This document shows, one piece after another, positions 19,252-29,816 of a stretch of DNA of 64,000 nt (the stretch's first letter is position 1; every line of letters begins with the position of its first letter). Source of the stretch: Methanotrichaceae archaeon (GTDB taxonomy: Archaea > Halobacteriota > Methanosarcinia > Methanotrichales > Methanotrichaceae); assembly GCA_963748825.1 (NCBI GenBank), contig CAVVKN010000006.1, positions 32,001 through 96,000 on the forward strand, read 5' to 3'. The notes beneath the pieces are model-generated. The model was not told where the DNA came from, searched no databases, and was given only the letters and a program-made list of their open reading frames with translations. The position numbers were made by a program, and so were the translations under genes.

Positions 19252-20913
19252 CTTGACTTATCCAGATTAGAAGTTCCAGCTTATCTGAATGACCCTCCAA
19301 TGATCTCAACTAGATTATTTTTGGATTTTTAATAGTTTACAACACAATAAATATTTCATTAAGACTATGGAGAATATTATATTATTACGAAAGCAGCATT
19401 ATCCTTTAGGGCACCATGCAATCTCATGTCAATTATTTAACTAACGAGATTTAGCCCGATGGTGCGATATTTTTGCAGCCTCTCTTGCATTATGCCTCTT
19501 TTTGAGAAGATGAAGCACATCATTATTGCTGAATTGTTTCCTAGCAAAAGATTTTTCGTAGATTAGTTTTATATCCTGAACCGTCAACAGATCGGCAAAT
19601 TGACCGAACTCGATGCAGATGAACATCATCACCATCATAGAAAACATCGCCATCGTGATGTGATGATGCCATCCTAACCAGTTTCTGCCTTGGAAGTCGG
19701 CGAAGCCCGCAAGTCCCTTCTCATCTTCAAAAGCCCTTTCGATCCAATACCTGCTGCAGGACATCTGTGCAAATCTGTCAATAGTTGTGTCAAGTGGTGC
19801 ATTGGACAACTGATATTTTGTAGCCCCGTCACTATCATCTACCCTGATGATCAGCCATTGTTCTTTGCCAGGCAACTTGTCTTCAACCACATAGATACGC
19901 AAGCTGGCGATCCTAGACCACAATTCTCGTCGTTCAGTGTCTCGGACAAAAGTATGAACCCATTGAGAGGGATCAAGTTCGTCTTTGAGCGTCCTCACTT
20001 CAGTCGGAGATGGTTCATCATCCAGAACTCTCGATTCAGTAGGCATGCGACCACGGTTGCTTTTTCTTTCAGGTATTCCAACTCTTGGATGATTTAGCCA
20101 AACGCGAGTATCCGACGGAATATCTGCCATGTATACGATTCCATCCAAGTCAATGGCGTTAAGCAAAGATGATTGCCTTCCATAGAAGGTATCCATGCCA
20201 ACCCAGCCAAATTGAACTCCGTTGGATCGCGCTCCGCGAATCAGCTCAAGAGCAATTTCAGCCTTTGTCTTGAACTTCAGATCTTCGGGGATACCACATT
20301 CTTCTCTACGATATTGATCATTTGCCCAGTCTTCCGGAATATATAGCTCCGTATCAATAAGAGTACGCAGTGAGCCTTTTGTATAACCCAAACATACGGC
20401 TACCTGGCAGTTGTCCACTTTGCCAAGACGACCACAGTATTGGCGTTTAACTCCTACGGAATCTTCACCTTGCTTTGGGAAGCCGGTTTCATCTATGTGT
20501 ATCGCTCCATCTCGCGCATCGCCGATACGACCCATGACATCATGTTGAATTTGGGCAATCACAGGTCTGTATTCCCATGGTGATTGAGAGATAAAATACT
20601 GAAAACGACGAGCGCTGGCATCTGGAACATTATTTGCGTACTTGGTCATGTTGCCACGTCCTTGCTGAAGCAGCAATCCTTGTGCATATTTGGATGCTGT
20701 TGTTTCAACACTACGTGTCTTTGTTTCAAAGTAAGATTTATAACTTTCGTAAATTATAGAAAAATATATAAGAATTCTGGCCAGATTCTCTTCACTTAGC
20801 GCAAACTTCATTCATAGCCTCCTGAAATTAATGAATGAAGATTTATGTTTTGATAGCATAATTAAGTGCTTCTATTGAGGACTAACCGTAAGATGTAATC
20901 TGGATAAGTCAAG
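19252..20913 (-). mobile_element. IS701-family insertion sequence
   Basis: IRs CTTGACTTATCCAGATTA; 4-bp TSD CTAA. Confidence 0.9.
19441..20811 (-). CDS. IS701-family transposase
   Basis: IDETGFPKQG, GVKRQYCGRLGKVDNCQ, RYWIERAF, GWHHH. Confidence 0.92.
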   Translation of the reverse strand: MKFALSEENLARILIYFSIIYESYKSYFETKTRSVETTASKYAQGLLLQQGRGNMTKYANNVPDASARRFQYFISQSPWEYRPVIAQIQHDVMGRIGDARDGAIHIDETGFPKQGEDSVGVKRQYCGRLGKVDNCQVAVCLGYTKGSLRTLIDTELYIPEDWANDQYRREECGIPEDLKFKTKAEIALELIRGARSNGVQFGWVGMDTFYGRQSSLLNAIDLDGIVYMADIPSDTRVWLNHPRVGIPERKSNRGRMPTESRVLDDEPSPTEVRTLKDELDPSQWVHTFVRDTERRELWSRIASLRIYVVEDKLPGKEQWLIIRVDDSDGATKYQLSNAPLDTTIDRFAQMSCSRYWIERAFEDEKGLAGFADFQGRNWLGWHHHITMAMFSMMVMMFICIEFGQFADLLTVQDIKLIYEKSFARKQFSNNDVLHLLKKRHNAREAAKISHHRAKSR

Positions 20914-21416
20914 CTAATTACTTCGGATATTTGATGCCAGCAAAGGCTTGATAAATAAGCAGTAGCATAGCATGCTTGAAATCCAAGCGGTTTGATAGGC
21001 GGGGTTGAGGAATTTGAATCTTATCATTATAGAATGATTAACCTTATTAAGGGAAAGAGAGATCAGATCCTAACTAAAATCAAAGCTGTCCTCGCGCGAC
21101 GTTAGACCTATGATTAATGCCTTTCCCAAGAATCCTCGTACTTCCGATCAAAGCCGTACCTGCTAATCATATGCATCTCCCAACGCCAAATCGATGCCTT
21201 TAGGAGGATTATTCTTATTTCATAATTAGATTTAAATAATATATTTTAATTTTAATAGTAAAAATACCATTATTAATAAGAGCTTACAGACATCTACGCC
21301 CAATTCCCCTGAAGGCTCTATCCCTTTCTATTTCCAAGTTAAAGAATAAAGGCCATCTAAATGTAGGATAAAATTATTTTATATTTAAAAAAAAAATAAA
21401 GGAATGCTAAGTTTCC

Positions 21417-21539
21417 CTAGCAGTCTATGCCTTCACAAGGTGCACGGATTCTTTCAGGCACTGGATTTTCATGGACCTTTATGGTCTTCTCCGCCTCGAA
21501 TGTTCCTGTGAACATCTCGTGGGCTTTGATATCCTTGTA
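21417..21539 (-). pseudogene. 3' fragment of a secreted-protein-type gene
   Basis: YKDIKAHEMFTGTFEAEKTIKVHENPVPERIRAPCEGIDC*; no upstream ORF. Family recognised only loosely. Confidence 0.45.
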
Positions 21540-21756
21540 GAATATCTATTATTTAAGTAATAATCTTGATGGTCTTAGAATTATGATAAGAGAAATAGTT
21601 CAGAGCGACAGAGTTTTGGATACAGGATTTATACTGGCAATAATTAAAAAATGTGTACGTGTTTAGCTCCCGGTCAATCATTCCTAAATTTACCACAAAA
21701 TGTTTTTAGACCAGAAAAATTAAATAATATTAGGATAATATCTCTTTATTAAGAGT

Positions 21757-21862
21757 ATGCACGAAGGAGAAACAATCAAGCAACCTCAAGATCGAATTGA
21801 AGAATTAGAGCGCGAAAATGAGTTGCTTAAGGCAAAAATCAGTGAGCTTGAAGCCCGACTAG
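21757..21862 (+). pseudogene. IS66-type transposase N-terminal coiled-coil fragment
   Basis: MHEGETIKQPQDRIEELERENELLKAKISELEARL, cut at the IR GAACATGCTCAATA. Confidence 0.55.
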
Positions 21863-22590
21863 AACATGCTCAATATCATGTGGATATAGATTTAAACCAA
21901 GCCAATATACTAAAATTATAAATAGTAATAGTATCTAACATAAATATGTGAATGGAAGTATAGAGCAGGACGTATCGCACTTGAATGCCGACCATCTTGA
22001 TCTAAAGCATCTAGCACATCTGGGCTGAGATGGACCTAATGATAAGGTTTTATATATAATCGGTGACAGATACTCTGCGAAAGGGGAGTATCATGCCGGG
22101 ACCGAAACCTTTAGCAATCAACTTGAACGATATCGAACGCCAAGGTTTAGAATTGCTTGTTCGTCGGTACACCACAGGACAGCAAAAAGTTATCCGAGCA
22201 CGGATTGTTCTGCTGACTGCAATGGGTAAGAACAATCGTGAAATCGCTAATGAATTAGAGGTTTCCTGGGACACTGCTCGATTATGGCGGCAACGATGGC
22301 TGGACTTGCAGCCGATTTCTTTGGACGATCTGAGTATTGAAGAACGCTTGGATGACCTGCCAAGACCAGGAGTACCACCTCGTTTAACTGCAAACCAGAT
22401 TTGTCAGATCCAACAGCTGGCTTGTGAGAAACCTGAAGAATCGGGACGTCCAATTAGCCAATGGACAAGCCGTGAGATTGCAGCAGAAATAATGAAGCGG
22501 GGCATTGTAGATACGATTTCAGCTCGTCATTCTGCCAGGATTCTAAAAAAAATGACCTCCAACCGCACTTGATTCGTTACTGGCTAACAC

Positions 22591-24239
22591 CCTGACCTCC
22601 CCATGATTTAGGCATATTTAAACAATTTTCGTTATCTATAGCCGAAATCTATAAATAATATTATGTGCCTAAATATGCACATGAAATCGTTTAATCGAAT
22701 AAAAAATATAAGTGGAATTGAATACATATACAAAATCACTCCTTACTACGACAAAGAAAAGAAGAAAATTCGCCAGAAGAGCAAGTACCTCGGCAAGAAT
22801 GTTAATGGAGTTCCTGTCAAGGTCCGATCTCAGGGAAAAATACCAAAGAAAGTTCTATCACATGGCGAATTCGTTCCACTGAAAAAGATAACAGAAGACC
22901 TTAAACTAGACGAAATTCTCTCTGGAGTCTTGCCCAGCAAAGAAGTCTGGCCTGTTTTAACTCTGGCTATGAATTTTGCTTTGCGTCCCCGAGCATTAAC
23001 CCATATCCAAAGCTGGTATGAAGGCACAATTCTATCGGAAGACCATCCTGATCTTCCCCTATCCTCTCAGAGCCTTTCTCGAATGCTAAGCCGTATCGGT
23101 GAGAGCACCGCGAATCTGGAATTCGCTCATCGACTAATCCAAAGAATCTCAACATGCAGCACTCTGGTTTATGATATCACTTCTTTGTCCTCTTACTCTC
23201 AAAACATAGGCCTACTGGAATACGGTTATAATCGAGATGGTCTCGATCTGCCTCAGATCAACCTGTCTCTGATTGTGGACAAGGATCTAGGCATACCGGT
23301 AATGTATGATCTATATCCAGGAAGCATCTCGGATGTAACTACCCTCACGAATACAGTCAAAAAAATAAAGGCCCTGGGTGTTCAGAATTATACTATGATC
23401 ATGGATCGTGGTTTCTTCTCGACTGCCAATATCCATGAGATGGTCTCAGCGGATTTGTCGTTCATCATCCCCCCAACAAGTACTCTCAAAAATGTCAAAG
23501 AGGCGATATCCGCCATCCATAGCAGCATCGATGATCCTGAGAATTTGGAACTCTACGAGAAAGAACCGCTTTTTGTCATGCCTGTGGACATCGAGGTAGG
23601 CAAAAACAAGCTGAAAGGATACGCATATTACGATCAGAAGCGAGAGCAGTTGGAACGAAGTACTCTCTATAAGCGGCTATACGATTTAATGGAACGGCTC
23701 AAGGCTGTGACCTTAAAGAGCTGGATGATTCCGAGTGTGGTTTTCAGGGAAACGGCAAAAAAGGATGCCAAGTTCATCGAATGGAAAGCAATTGACGGAA
23801 AATTTGAGGTCTCCCTCAGAAAAAATGCCGTCTCTCAGGCCATCAATAAGATGGGTAAGTTTATTCTGCTGTATCGGGGCGAGTTTTCTTGGAATGATTG
23901 TCTTTCACTTTACAGAAGCAAGGATGTCGTCGAGAAAGGATTCGATGTATTGAAGAACGACATTGAACTGATGCCAACAAACCTAAGAACCAATAACAGT
24001 TTGAGTGGCTATCTGTTCGTCGCTTTTCTTGCTCTGATCTTAAGAATGAAGCTGACCAGGCTCATGGTCAATGCCGAGCTGAATAAACGATATTCAGTGG
24101 AAGGACTGCTCACTGAACTAGAAAAGATCAAGCTAATGATCTTGCCGGATGGCGAGAAAATCACAACTGAGATTACCAAGAAACAGCGAGAAATCCTGGA
24201 TGCACTTCATATGTGTGCCTAAACTTTGGGGAGGTCAGG
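22591..24239 (+). mobile_element. IS1634-family insertion sequence, complete
   Basis: IRs CCTGACCTCCCCA...TTTAGGCA; 6-bp TSD TAACAC (22585-22590 and 24240-24245). Confidence 0.9.
22663..24222 (+). CDS. IS1634-family transposase
   Basis: [30 protein letters not shown]. Confidence 0.92.
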   Translation: MCLNMHMKSFNRIKNISGIEYIYKITPYYDKEKKKIRQKSKYLGKNVNGVPVKVRSQGKIPKKVLSHGEFVPLKKITEDLKLDEILSGVLPSKEVWPVLTLAMNFALRPRALTHIQSWYEGTILSEDHPDLPLSSQSLSRMLSRIGESTANLEFAHRLIQRISTCSTLVYDITSLSSYSQNIGLLEYGYNRDGLDLPQINLSLIVDKDLGIPVMYDLYPGSISDVTTLTNTVKKIKALGVQNYTMIMDRGFFSTANIHEMVSADLSFIIPPTSTLKNVKEAISAIHSSIDDPENLELYEKEPLFVMPVDIEVGKNKLKGYAYYDQKREQLERSTLYKRLYDLMERLKAVTLKSWMIPSVVFRETAKKDAKFIEWKAIDGKFEVSLRKNAVSQAINKMGKFILLYRGEFSWNDCLSLYRSKDVVEKGFDVLKNDIELMPTNLRTNNSLSGYLFVAFLALILRMKLTRLMVNAELNKRYSVEGLLTELEKIKLMILPDGEKITTEITKKQREILDALHMCA

Positions 24240-24793
24240 TAACACCTGCTCCGGACGATCAATTCGACGAAAAGGTAGACGACATCAATTCACTGTATCA
24301 ACAAGCCCAGAATTTGGCTCAAAAAGGTGAAGTCGTAATGAGCATCGATGAAATGACAGGGGTACAAGCTCTCGAACGCAAACACCCTGGATTGCCAATG
24401 GCACCAGGAAAAGTGGAACGGAGGGAGTTTGAATACATCAGGCATGGAACTCAATCATTCATCGTGAGCTTTGCGGTAGCCAACGGAAAGGTTGACACCA
24501 TTTCTTGCGGCGATACGCGCAATGAAGATGACTTTGTATCCCATATCAAGGAGGTGGTAGAAAGCTCCTTATCCACATCCCGCTGGCACTTTGTCGCCGA
24601 CAACCTCAATATCCATAAATCAGAGTCTCTTGTGAGGTATGTGGCCGACGTATCCTACTTGGACATCGACTTAGGAATCAAAGGCAGAGATGGTATTCTG
24701 CAGTCAATCGAAACTCGCGAATCATTCTTGGCCGATCCATCTCACTCGATTGTCTTTCACTACACGCCGATACACGCTTCTTGGATGAACCAG

Positions 24794-25908
24794 GTCGAAA
24801 CATTCTTCCAGATGATGCGATTCCAAAGGGTTTTCGCAGCGTAGTTATTCAAGACATTACATTTAAAACATGCAACATGGAGTGCCTTCTTGAGCGATTC
24901 TATTCGCCTTCCTTAAAAAAGACCTTCGAAGCGAAACTTCCAAAGGATCTGCAAGGGACCAGTTTTGGAAGCCGCCTGAAAGCATTCGCGATCACCCTCC
25001 ATAACCTGGGAAGAGTAACCGAGAACAAAATCCAGAAGATCTTGGAGAGCATCGGCACCATCATCTCTGAAGGCACGATCTCAAACATCATGATCGAAGA
25101 GAAGCGCGAAGAATTTACCGCCGAAAAAAATGCGATATTCAAAACCGGTATGGAGAACGCAGATTACTTTCAGATAGATGACACTGGTGCCAGGCACGCA
25201 GGGAAAAATCATTATCTGGACGTGGTGTGCAATGATCAGTTCGGCTCGTTCTTCATTCTAGGCGGAAAAAGCAAAGATGATTTGAGACCCATTTTCGGAT
25301 TGAAAGAAGGCGAGCAAATAGACAAGCCAATGGTTTCGGATGCTGCCCAGCAATTCCATTCCATATCTTCAAAGCAGGGGTTATGCTGGATACATGAGAT
25401 ACGGCATTATAGGAAACTAACACCCGTTCTTGAACAACATAGAACTCTGCTGAGTGGTTTTATCGATCGGCTATGGCACTATTATGAACTGCTGGCGGAT
25501 TTTAAAGAGAATCCTGATTGTGGTTTTGGGGTATATCTTGAGTGGCTCTTTGATTTCATCTTCTCGCCCACAGCCAAAACAGGTTATGTGATGCTGGATG
25601 AAACAATAGCATCGACGAGAAAGCGAAAGGATAGGTTACTGAAGGTACTGATCTATCCTGAGCTGCCGTTACATAACAACGGTTCCGAGATAGCTGTGCG
25701 GGAAGGCGTGATCAAGAGGAAGATCAGCTACGGAACTCGAAGCGAATCCGGCAAGGCCGCTTGGGAGAATCAATTGACTATCCTTGACACATGCAGAAAG
25801 CAAGGAGTTAGCTATTTCGAGTATATTCTGGATATTATATCTGGGAGCTACTCGATGCCAAGGTTGTCCCAACTCCTTATGCGGAGCAAGTCCTCCACAG
25901 CCTATTGA
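24794..25908 (+). pseudogene. IS66-family transposase lacking its N-terminus
   Basis: QIDDTG, VSD, QGLCWIHEIRH, HNNGSE, KRKISYGTRS. Confidence 0.85.
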
Positions 25909-25977
25909 GCATGTTCCACAAGATCACCAAAAAAATAAAATGTACTTAATGCTATTTAAAACTTACCAGTAAAGAAA

Positions 25978-26090
25978 CGCTGAGGGTGAGATTTGAACTC
26001 ACGAGGTGCGGTGCACCACTGGTTACCTTGTTCTGGGCAAAATACCCAAAACCTCAAGACCAGCGCCGTAGGCCGCTTGGCTACCTCAGC
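25978..26090 (-). tRNA. tRNA-Ser(UGA) with a 28-nt intron (26025-26052)
   Basis: Acceptor GCTGAGG/CCTCAGC-G73, anticodon arm CTGGT-CT TGA G^A-ACCAG, BHB motif (CTTG/CAAG helix), long variable arm, GTTCAAATC T-loop. Confidence 0.93.
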
Positions 26091-26217
26091 CCGCCTCCTA
26101 TCTTTGGATCAGTAGATCTTAAGCCTGACGATCCTATTCGACTTGAAACCCTAGCTTAAAACCTTAGATCGATTTCACCTCGAAAATCTTTTTATCTTTT
26201 GCGGCGATTTCTCTGCG

Positions 26218-27456
26218 ATGCTAATTAAAAACGTCTCCATTATCCAATCCGGACACCTTTTGCACGACAGGGACATTCTAATCGAAGAGGGCAAGATCGC
26301 GAGGATCGACTGCGACCTCCCAAAGGAAAACGATGACGAACTAATCGACGGGCGGGGAAAGCTTGCCATCCCCGGGCTCATCAACGGCCACACCCACCTG
26401 GCCATGACACTCCTGCGCGGCTATGCGGATGACATGGAGCTGATGCCCTGGCTACAGGAGAAGATCTGGCCGCTGGAGGCCAGGATCACAGAAGAGGATG
26501 TTCGCTGGGGCGTGAAGCTGGGTTGCCTGGAGCTGATTCGCTTCGGCATCACCTGCTACAATGACATGTACTACTTCCCGGATACCACCGCCCAGGCCAC
26601 CAAGGAGATGGGCCTACGCGCCTTCATTTCCGGCGTGGTCTTCGACATGAAACCCGAGCTTCTCGGCCAGGTGGAGCCCTTCATCCGCCGCTGGAAGGAC
26701 GACGAGCTGATAACCCCTGCTGTGGGCCCCCATGCCGCCTACACCTGTTCGGAGGAGACGCTGCTTCAGGCCAAGGAGATCGCCGACCGGCATGATGCCA
26801 TGGTTCACATCCACCTCTCCGAGACCCGCGAGGAGGTGGACGGCTTTCTGCTCTCCAAGGGCAAGAGCCCCGTGGAGTACCTGGACAGCCTGGGGCTGGT
26901 AAACGAGCGCCTGGCAGCGGTGCATTGCGTCTGGCTCTCCCCGGAGGACTGCTACCTCTTGGCGGAAAGAAAGGCCAATGTGGTGAGCTGCACAGTAAGC
27001 AATCTTAAGCTGACCTCAGGCATTGCGCCGCTCAACACGATGATGATGGCGGATGTAAACGTCTGCCTGGGCACGGATGGCGCATCCAGCAACAATAACC
27101 TCAGCCTCTTCGAGGAGATGAAGACCACCGCCATTGTGCAAAAGAACGCCTACCACACTCCCGCCGCCTTCTCGGCAGAGCAGGTCTGGCGCCTGACCAC
27201 GGAAAACGCCTGGCGGGCCTTCCGCCTCAATCTGGGCCTACGCCCCGGCGCTTTGGCCGACCTGGCCCTCATCGACCTGAAAAAACCCTGGTTCTGCCCA
27301 GAGACAAACATCATCTCCCATCTGGTCTACAGCATGGCCGGAGGCGTAGACACGACCATCGTTAACGGAAAGGTGCTCATGCGCGAGGGAGTCATACCGG
27401 GCGAGGCGGAAATTTTAGAGAAGGCTCAGGAGCGCTTCCTGCGCCTGACCTCTTAG
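26218..27456 (+). CDS. mtaD: 5'-methylthioadenosine/SAH (5'-deoxyadenosine) deaminase, amidohydrolase family
   Basis: PGLINGHTH, PHAAYTCS, HIHLSET, LGTDGASSNN. Confidence 0.85.
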   Translation: MLIKNVSIIQSGHLLHDRDILIEEGKIARIDCDLPKENDDELIDGRGKLAIPGLINGHTHLAMTLLRGYADDMELMPWLQEKIWPLEARITEEDVRWGVKLGCLELIRFGITCYNDMYYFPDTTAQATKEMGLRAFISGVVFDMKPELLGQVEPFIRRWKDDELITPAVGPHAAYTCSEETLLQAKEIADRHDAMVHIHLSETREEVDGFLLSKGKSPVEYLDSLGLVNERLAAVHCVWLSPEDCYLLAERKANVVSCTVSNLKLTSGIAPLNTMMMADVNVCLGTDGASSNNNLSLFEEMKTTAIVQKNAYHTPAAFSAEQVWRLTTENAWRAFRLNLGLRPGALADLALIDLKKPWFCPETNIISHLVYSMAGGVDTTIVNGKVLMREGVIPGEAEILEKAQERFLRLTS

Positions 27457-27507
27457 CCTCCTTTTTCGCCAACAATCGATAATTCGAACCCCTGGTTTAC
27501 GAGATAA

Positions 27508-27594
27508 AACCACAGAGTCACAGAGCGCACAGAGGACGAACGGACGGAGAACTACGATTATTCTGAAAGCAATGAACTCTGTGCCTTTGTGGTG
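27508..27594. repeat. CACAGAG-rich REP-like palindrome, copy 1
   Basis: AACCACAGAGTCACAGAGCGCACAGAG...CTCTGTGCCTTTGTGGT. Confidence 0.8.
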
Positions 27595-27666
27595 AACGTT
27601 GTCGAGTTGCTAAATCCTCACCTTCCCATTCGATTGGCCTTTTTTGCTTTTTTGTCCCATAATCAC

Positions 27667-28695
27667 TCAGCTCTTGATTATGCGTAGCCTCTTCTGTCCT
27701 CTCATGATCCTTCTCAGGCCCCAAAAGCCGCCCGCGAGGAAGAGGAGAATCAGCCCTGCCGCCCCCAGATAAAACCAGGAAGAGGGAGAGTCTTCTCCCA
27801 CGAAAACCAGGACGGCGAGATCCTGGTTCCTTCTCTCTCCGTCCTGCCCGTCCCGGTAGGAGATCATGCAGGGCAGGGCATAATAATCTGATGTGGCATT
27901 TTCATCTGTGAATACCGAGAGGCTTTGCAGAGTGCTTTCACCCGGGGCGAGGCTCGCTTGATCCTGGCCATTTTCGACCATGAGAAAAGGAGCGCTGGGG
28001 CGGGCCTGCATCTGAAGATCCTGGGCTGGCTCGTCGCCCCGGTTGACTAAAACAAGCTTCAAGCTCGACTCAATCCCGGGAAGCGTCTCGCCCTCCAGTT
28101 CGTCCAGCTCTATCTTCGGTCCGAGCACAACTTTCGCCTGCAAGGGCAGCTCTAGTGAGGCTTTCTCATAAGTAAAAACAAAATTGGGAGCGCTCTCTCT
28201 TCCCGAGGCCGTCACCTGGGATAAGCGGGAATAGTTGAGACGAAGCTGCAGGGGATAAATGCCCAGCGCCGCGCCATCCGCCAGGGCCATGAACTGAACT
28301 GTCGCATTCTCCCCAGCGGCCAGAAGGCCTGCATTCTGCTGCCCGGAGAAGATTTTAATCCTGTCATCGGAGCTCGATAGTTCGGCCATGATGCTGCGAG
28401 CATCTTCTTTACTGAAACCAGGCTCATCCGGCTCTTGCGGGGGCGAGGCATTGTTTTTCAGCACAATGAAAATGCTGGAGGGCCGGCTTTCCTCCAGATT
28501 GCCATAGATCGATGAAATCTGCAGACGAGGGCCCTCTGCCAGGCTATCGGCTGCCCCTGCAGAAAAACCGGCAGGCAGCAGAAGGAGGAGAAAGAGAAGC
28601 AAAAGGAGAAGGAGAAATCGGCACAGGACCCTTGATGCTTTCATCAATCCCAATAGAGAGCTGTACCTTTTTATCTTTGCTGCCTGAAGTCTCAA
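27667..28695 (-). CDS. COG1361-like S-layer/Ig-fold membrane-anchored protein
   Basis: Signal peptide, repeated LxNxG...LxxGE...GxYPLxLxxxY Ig-like modules, C-terminal TM helix and basic tail. Confidence 0.75.
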   Translation of the reverse strand: MRLQAAKIKRYSSLLGLMKASRVLCRFLLLLLLLFLLLLLPAGFSAGAADSLAEGPRLQISSIYGNLEESRPSSIFIVLKNNASPPQEPDEPGFSKEDARSIMAELSSSDDRIKIFSGQQNAGLLAAGENATVQFMALADGAALGIYPLQLRLNYSRLSQVTASGRESAPNFVFTYEKASLELPLQAKVVLGPKIELDELEGETLPGIESSLKLVLVNRGDEPAQDLQMQARPSAPFLMVENGQDQASLAPGESTLQSLSVFTDENATSDYYALPCMISYRDGQDGERRNQDLAVLVFVGEDSPSSWFYLGAAGLILLFLAGGFWGLRRIMRGQKRLRIIKS

Positions 28696-28737
28696 TGCCG
28701 GGAGTTTTTATGGTTCCTCGCGGTACTGAGTGGGTAA

Positions 28738-28794
28738 CAGAATAATTGAGTTCTCCGTCCGTTCGTCCTCTGTGCGCTCTGTGCCTCTGTGGTT
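28738..28794. repeat. CACAGAG-rich repeat, copy 2 (inverted relative to 27508-27565)
   Basis: Reverse complement AACCACAGAGGCACAGAGCGCACAGAGGACGAACGGACGGAGAACT...ATTATTCTG. Confidence 0.85.
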
Positions 28795-28836
28795 ATATTC
28801 CGTAACTCTAGGTTTAATTATCGGAGAGAGCCGTTT

Positions 28837-29634
28837 TTATTCTGCAGAGGCTATTTCCAGAGCCTCCTTAGCATGAAGGCCCTTGTGCACCACACCGCAG
28901 ATGCGGCGGGTTATAAGCGCGGGGTTTTCGTGCTGGAAGACGTTCCTGCCGATAGCCACGCCTCGCGCCCCTGCCGATATCGCTCCCTCGACCATTGTAA
29001 GCAGGTCCAGCTCCGACTCCACTCTCGGCCCGCCAGCAATGACCACGGGAATAGGGCAGCACTCCACCACACGGGCGAAGCTGTCCGGGTCTCCGGTGTA
29101 GTTGGTCTTGACAATATCTGCGCCAAGCTCCGCTCCCACCCGGGCGGCGTGGGCGATGTACTCCACCGAGTATTCGTCATTGATTTTTTTTCCCCGCGGA
29201 TACATCATGGCCAGGAGCGGCATGCCCCATTCTTGACAGTGGCGAGAGATCTCGCCCAGAGTGGAGAGCATGTGGCTCTCGTCTTCTGCGCCGACATTGA
29301 CATGAATGCTCACCGCATCGGCGCCGATCTTGAGAGCCTCCTCAACCGTTGCCACCAGCACCTTGTTGTTGGGGTCAGGCCCCAGAGCGGTGGAAGCGGA
29401 GAGATGGATGATCAGGCCCAGGTCCCGGCCGTAGCCGCGATGGCCGAATACGGCTGCACCCTTGTGCACTATGGCAGCGTCCGCCCCTCCCGAGGCCACA
29501 GCATCGGCGATGGCCTTGACGCTCTTTATGCCCTTGATGGGACCGACGGTCACCCCGTGGTCCATGGGAATTATGACTGCGTTTCCAGTACTACGATTGA
29601 ATATTCTCTCCATGCGAATCGATGTTCCTCTCAA
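28837..29634 (-). CDS. aroA': 2-amino-3,7-dideoxy-D-threo-hept-6-ulosonate synthase (DhnA-type aldolase)
   Basis: [31 protein letters not shown]. Confidence 0.85.
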   Translation of the reverse strand: MRGTSIRMERIFNRSTGNAVIIPMDHGVTVGPIKGIKSVKAIADAVASGGADAAIVHKGAAVFGHRGYGRDLGLIIHLSASTALGPDPNNKVLVATVEEALKIGADAVSIHVNVGAEDESHMLSTLGEISRHCQEWGMPLLAMMYPRGKKINDEYSVEYIAHAARVGAELGADIVKTNYTGDPDSFARVVECCPIPVVIAGGPRVESELDLLTMVEGAISAGARGVAIGRNVFQHENPALITRRICGVVHKGLHAKEALEIASAE

Positions 29635-29816
29635 ATTTGCCCTCTCCTTTTTATGTATTATCAGTTCTTGATATCCGTTCTGGAATCAATGTATTAATTA
29701 GTACATCAAAGTACTTTTTACTACTACAATGAACAAATTATGTGTATTTAAAGTTTCCCTTCCTCAGCAAGCCTGAAATAGTGGCAAGGTGCTCTATCCT
29801 GGGAGTGAATTCAATT

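Larger units (their letters stand above)
22014..24799 (+). pseudogene. IS630 element interrupted by IS1634 and truncated at its 3' end
   Basis: Left IR GCACATCTGGGCTGA after CTA; orfA 22093-22572; orfB resumes at 24240 and ends at WMNQVE. Confidence 0.85.
21863..25916 (+). mobile_element. IS66 (ISBst12-like) shell containing a nested IS630 and IS1634
   Basis: IR GAACATGCTCAATA at 21863 and its reverse complement at 25903-25916; no TSD retained. Confidence 0.65.

Noticed and set aside
20999-21021. GCGGGGTTGAGGAATTTGAATC as a tRNA 3'-end att remnant
   Set aside because: Too short and does not match tRNA-Ser or tRNA-Gly of this window well
28789-29697. Long antisense ORFs (also 46633-47520, 47357-48184, 37831-38433)
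   Set aside because: Shadows of real genes on the opposite strand in GC-rich DNA
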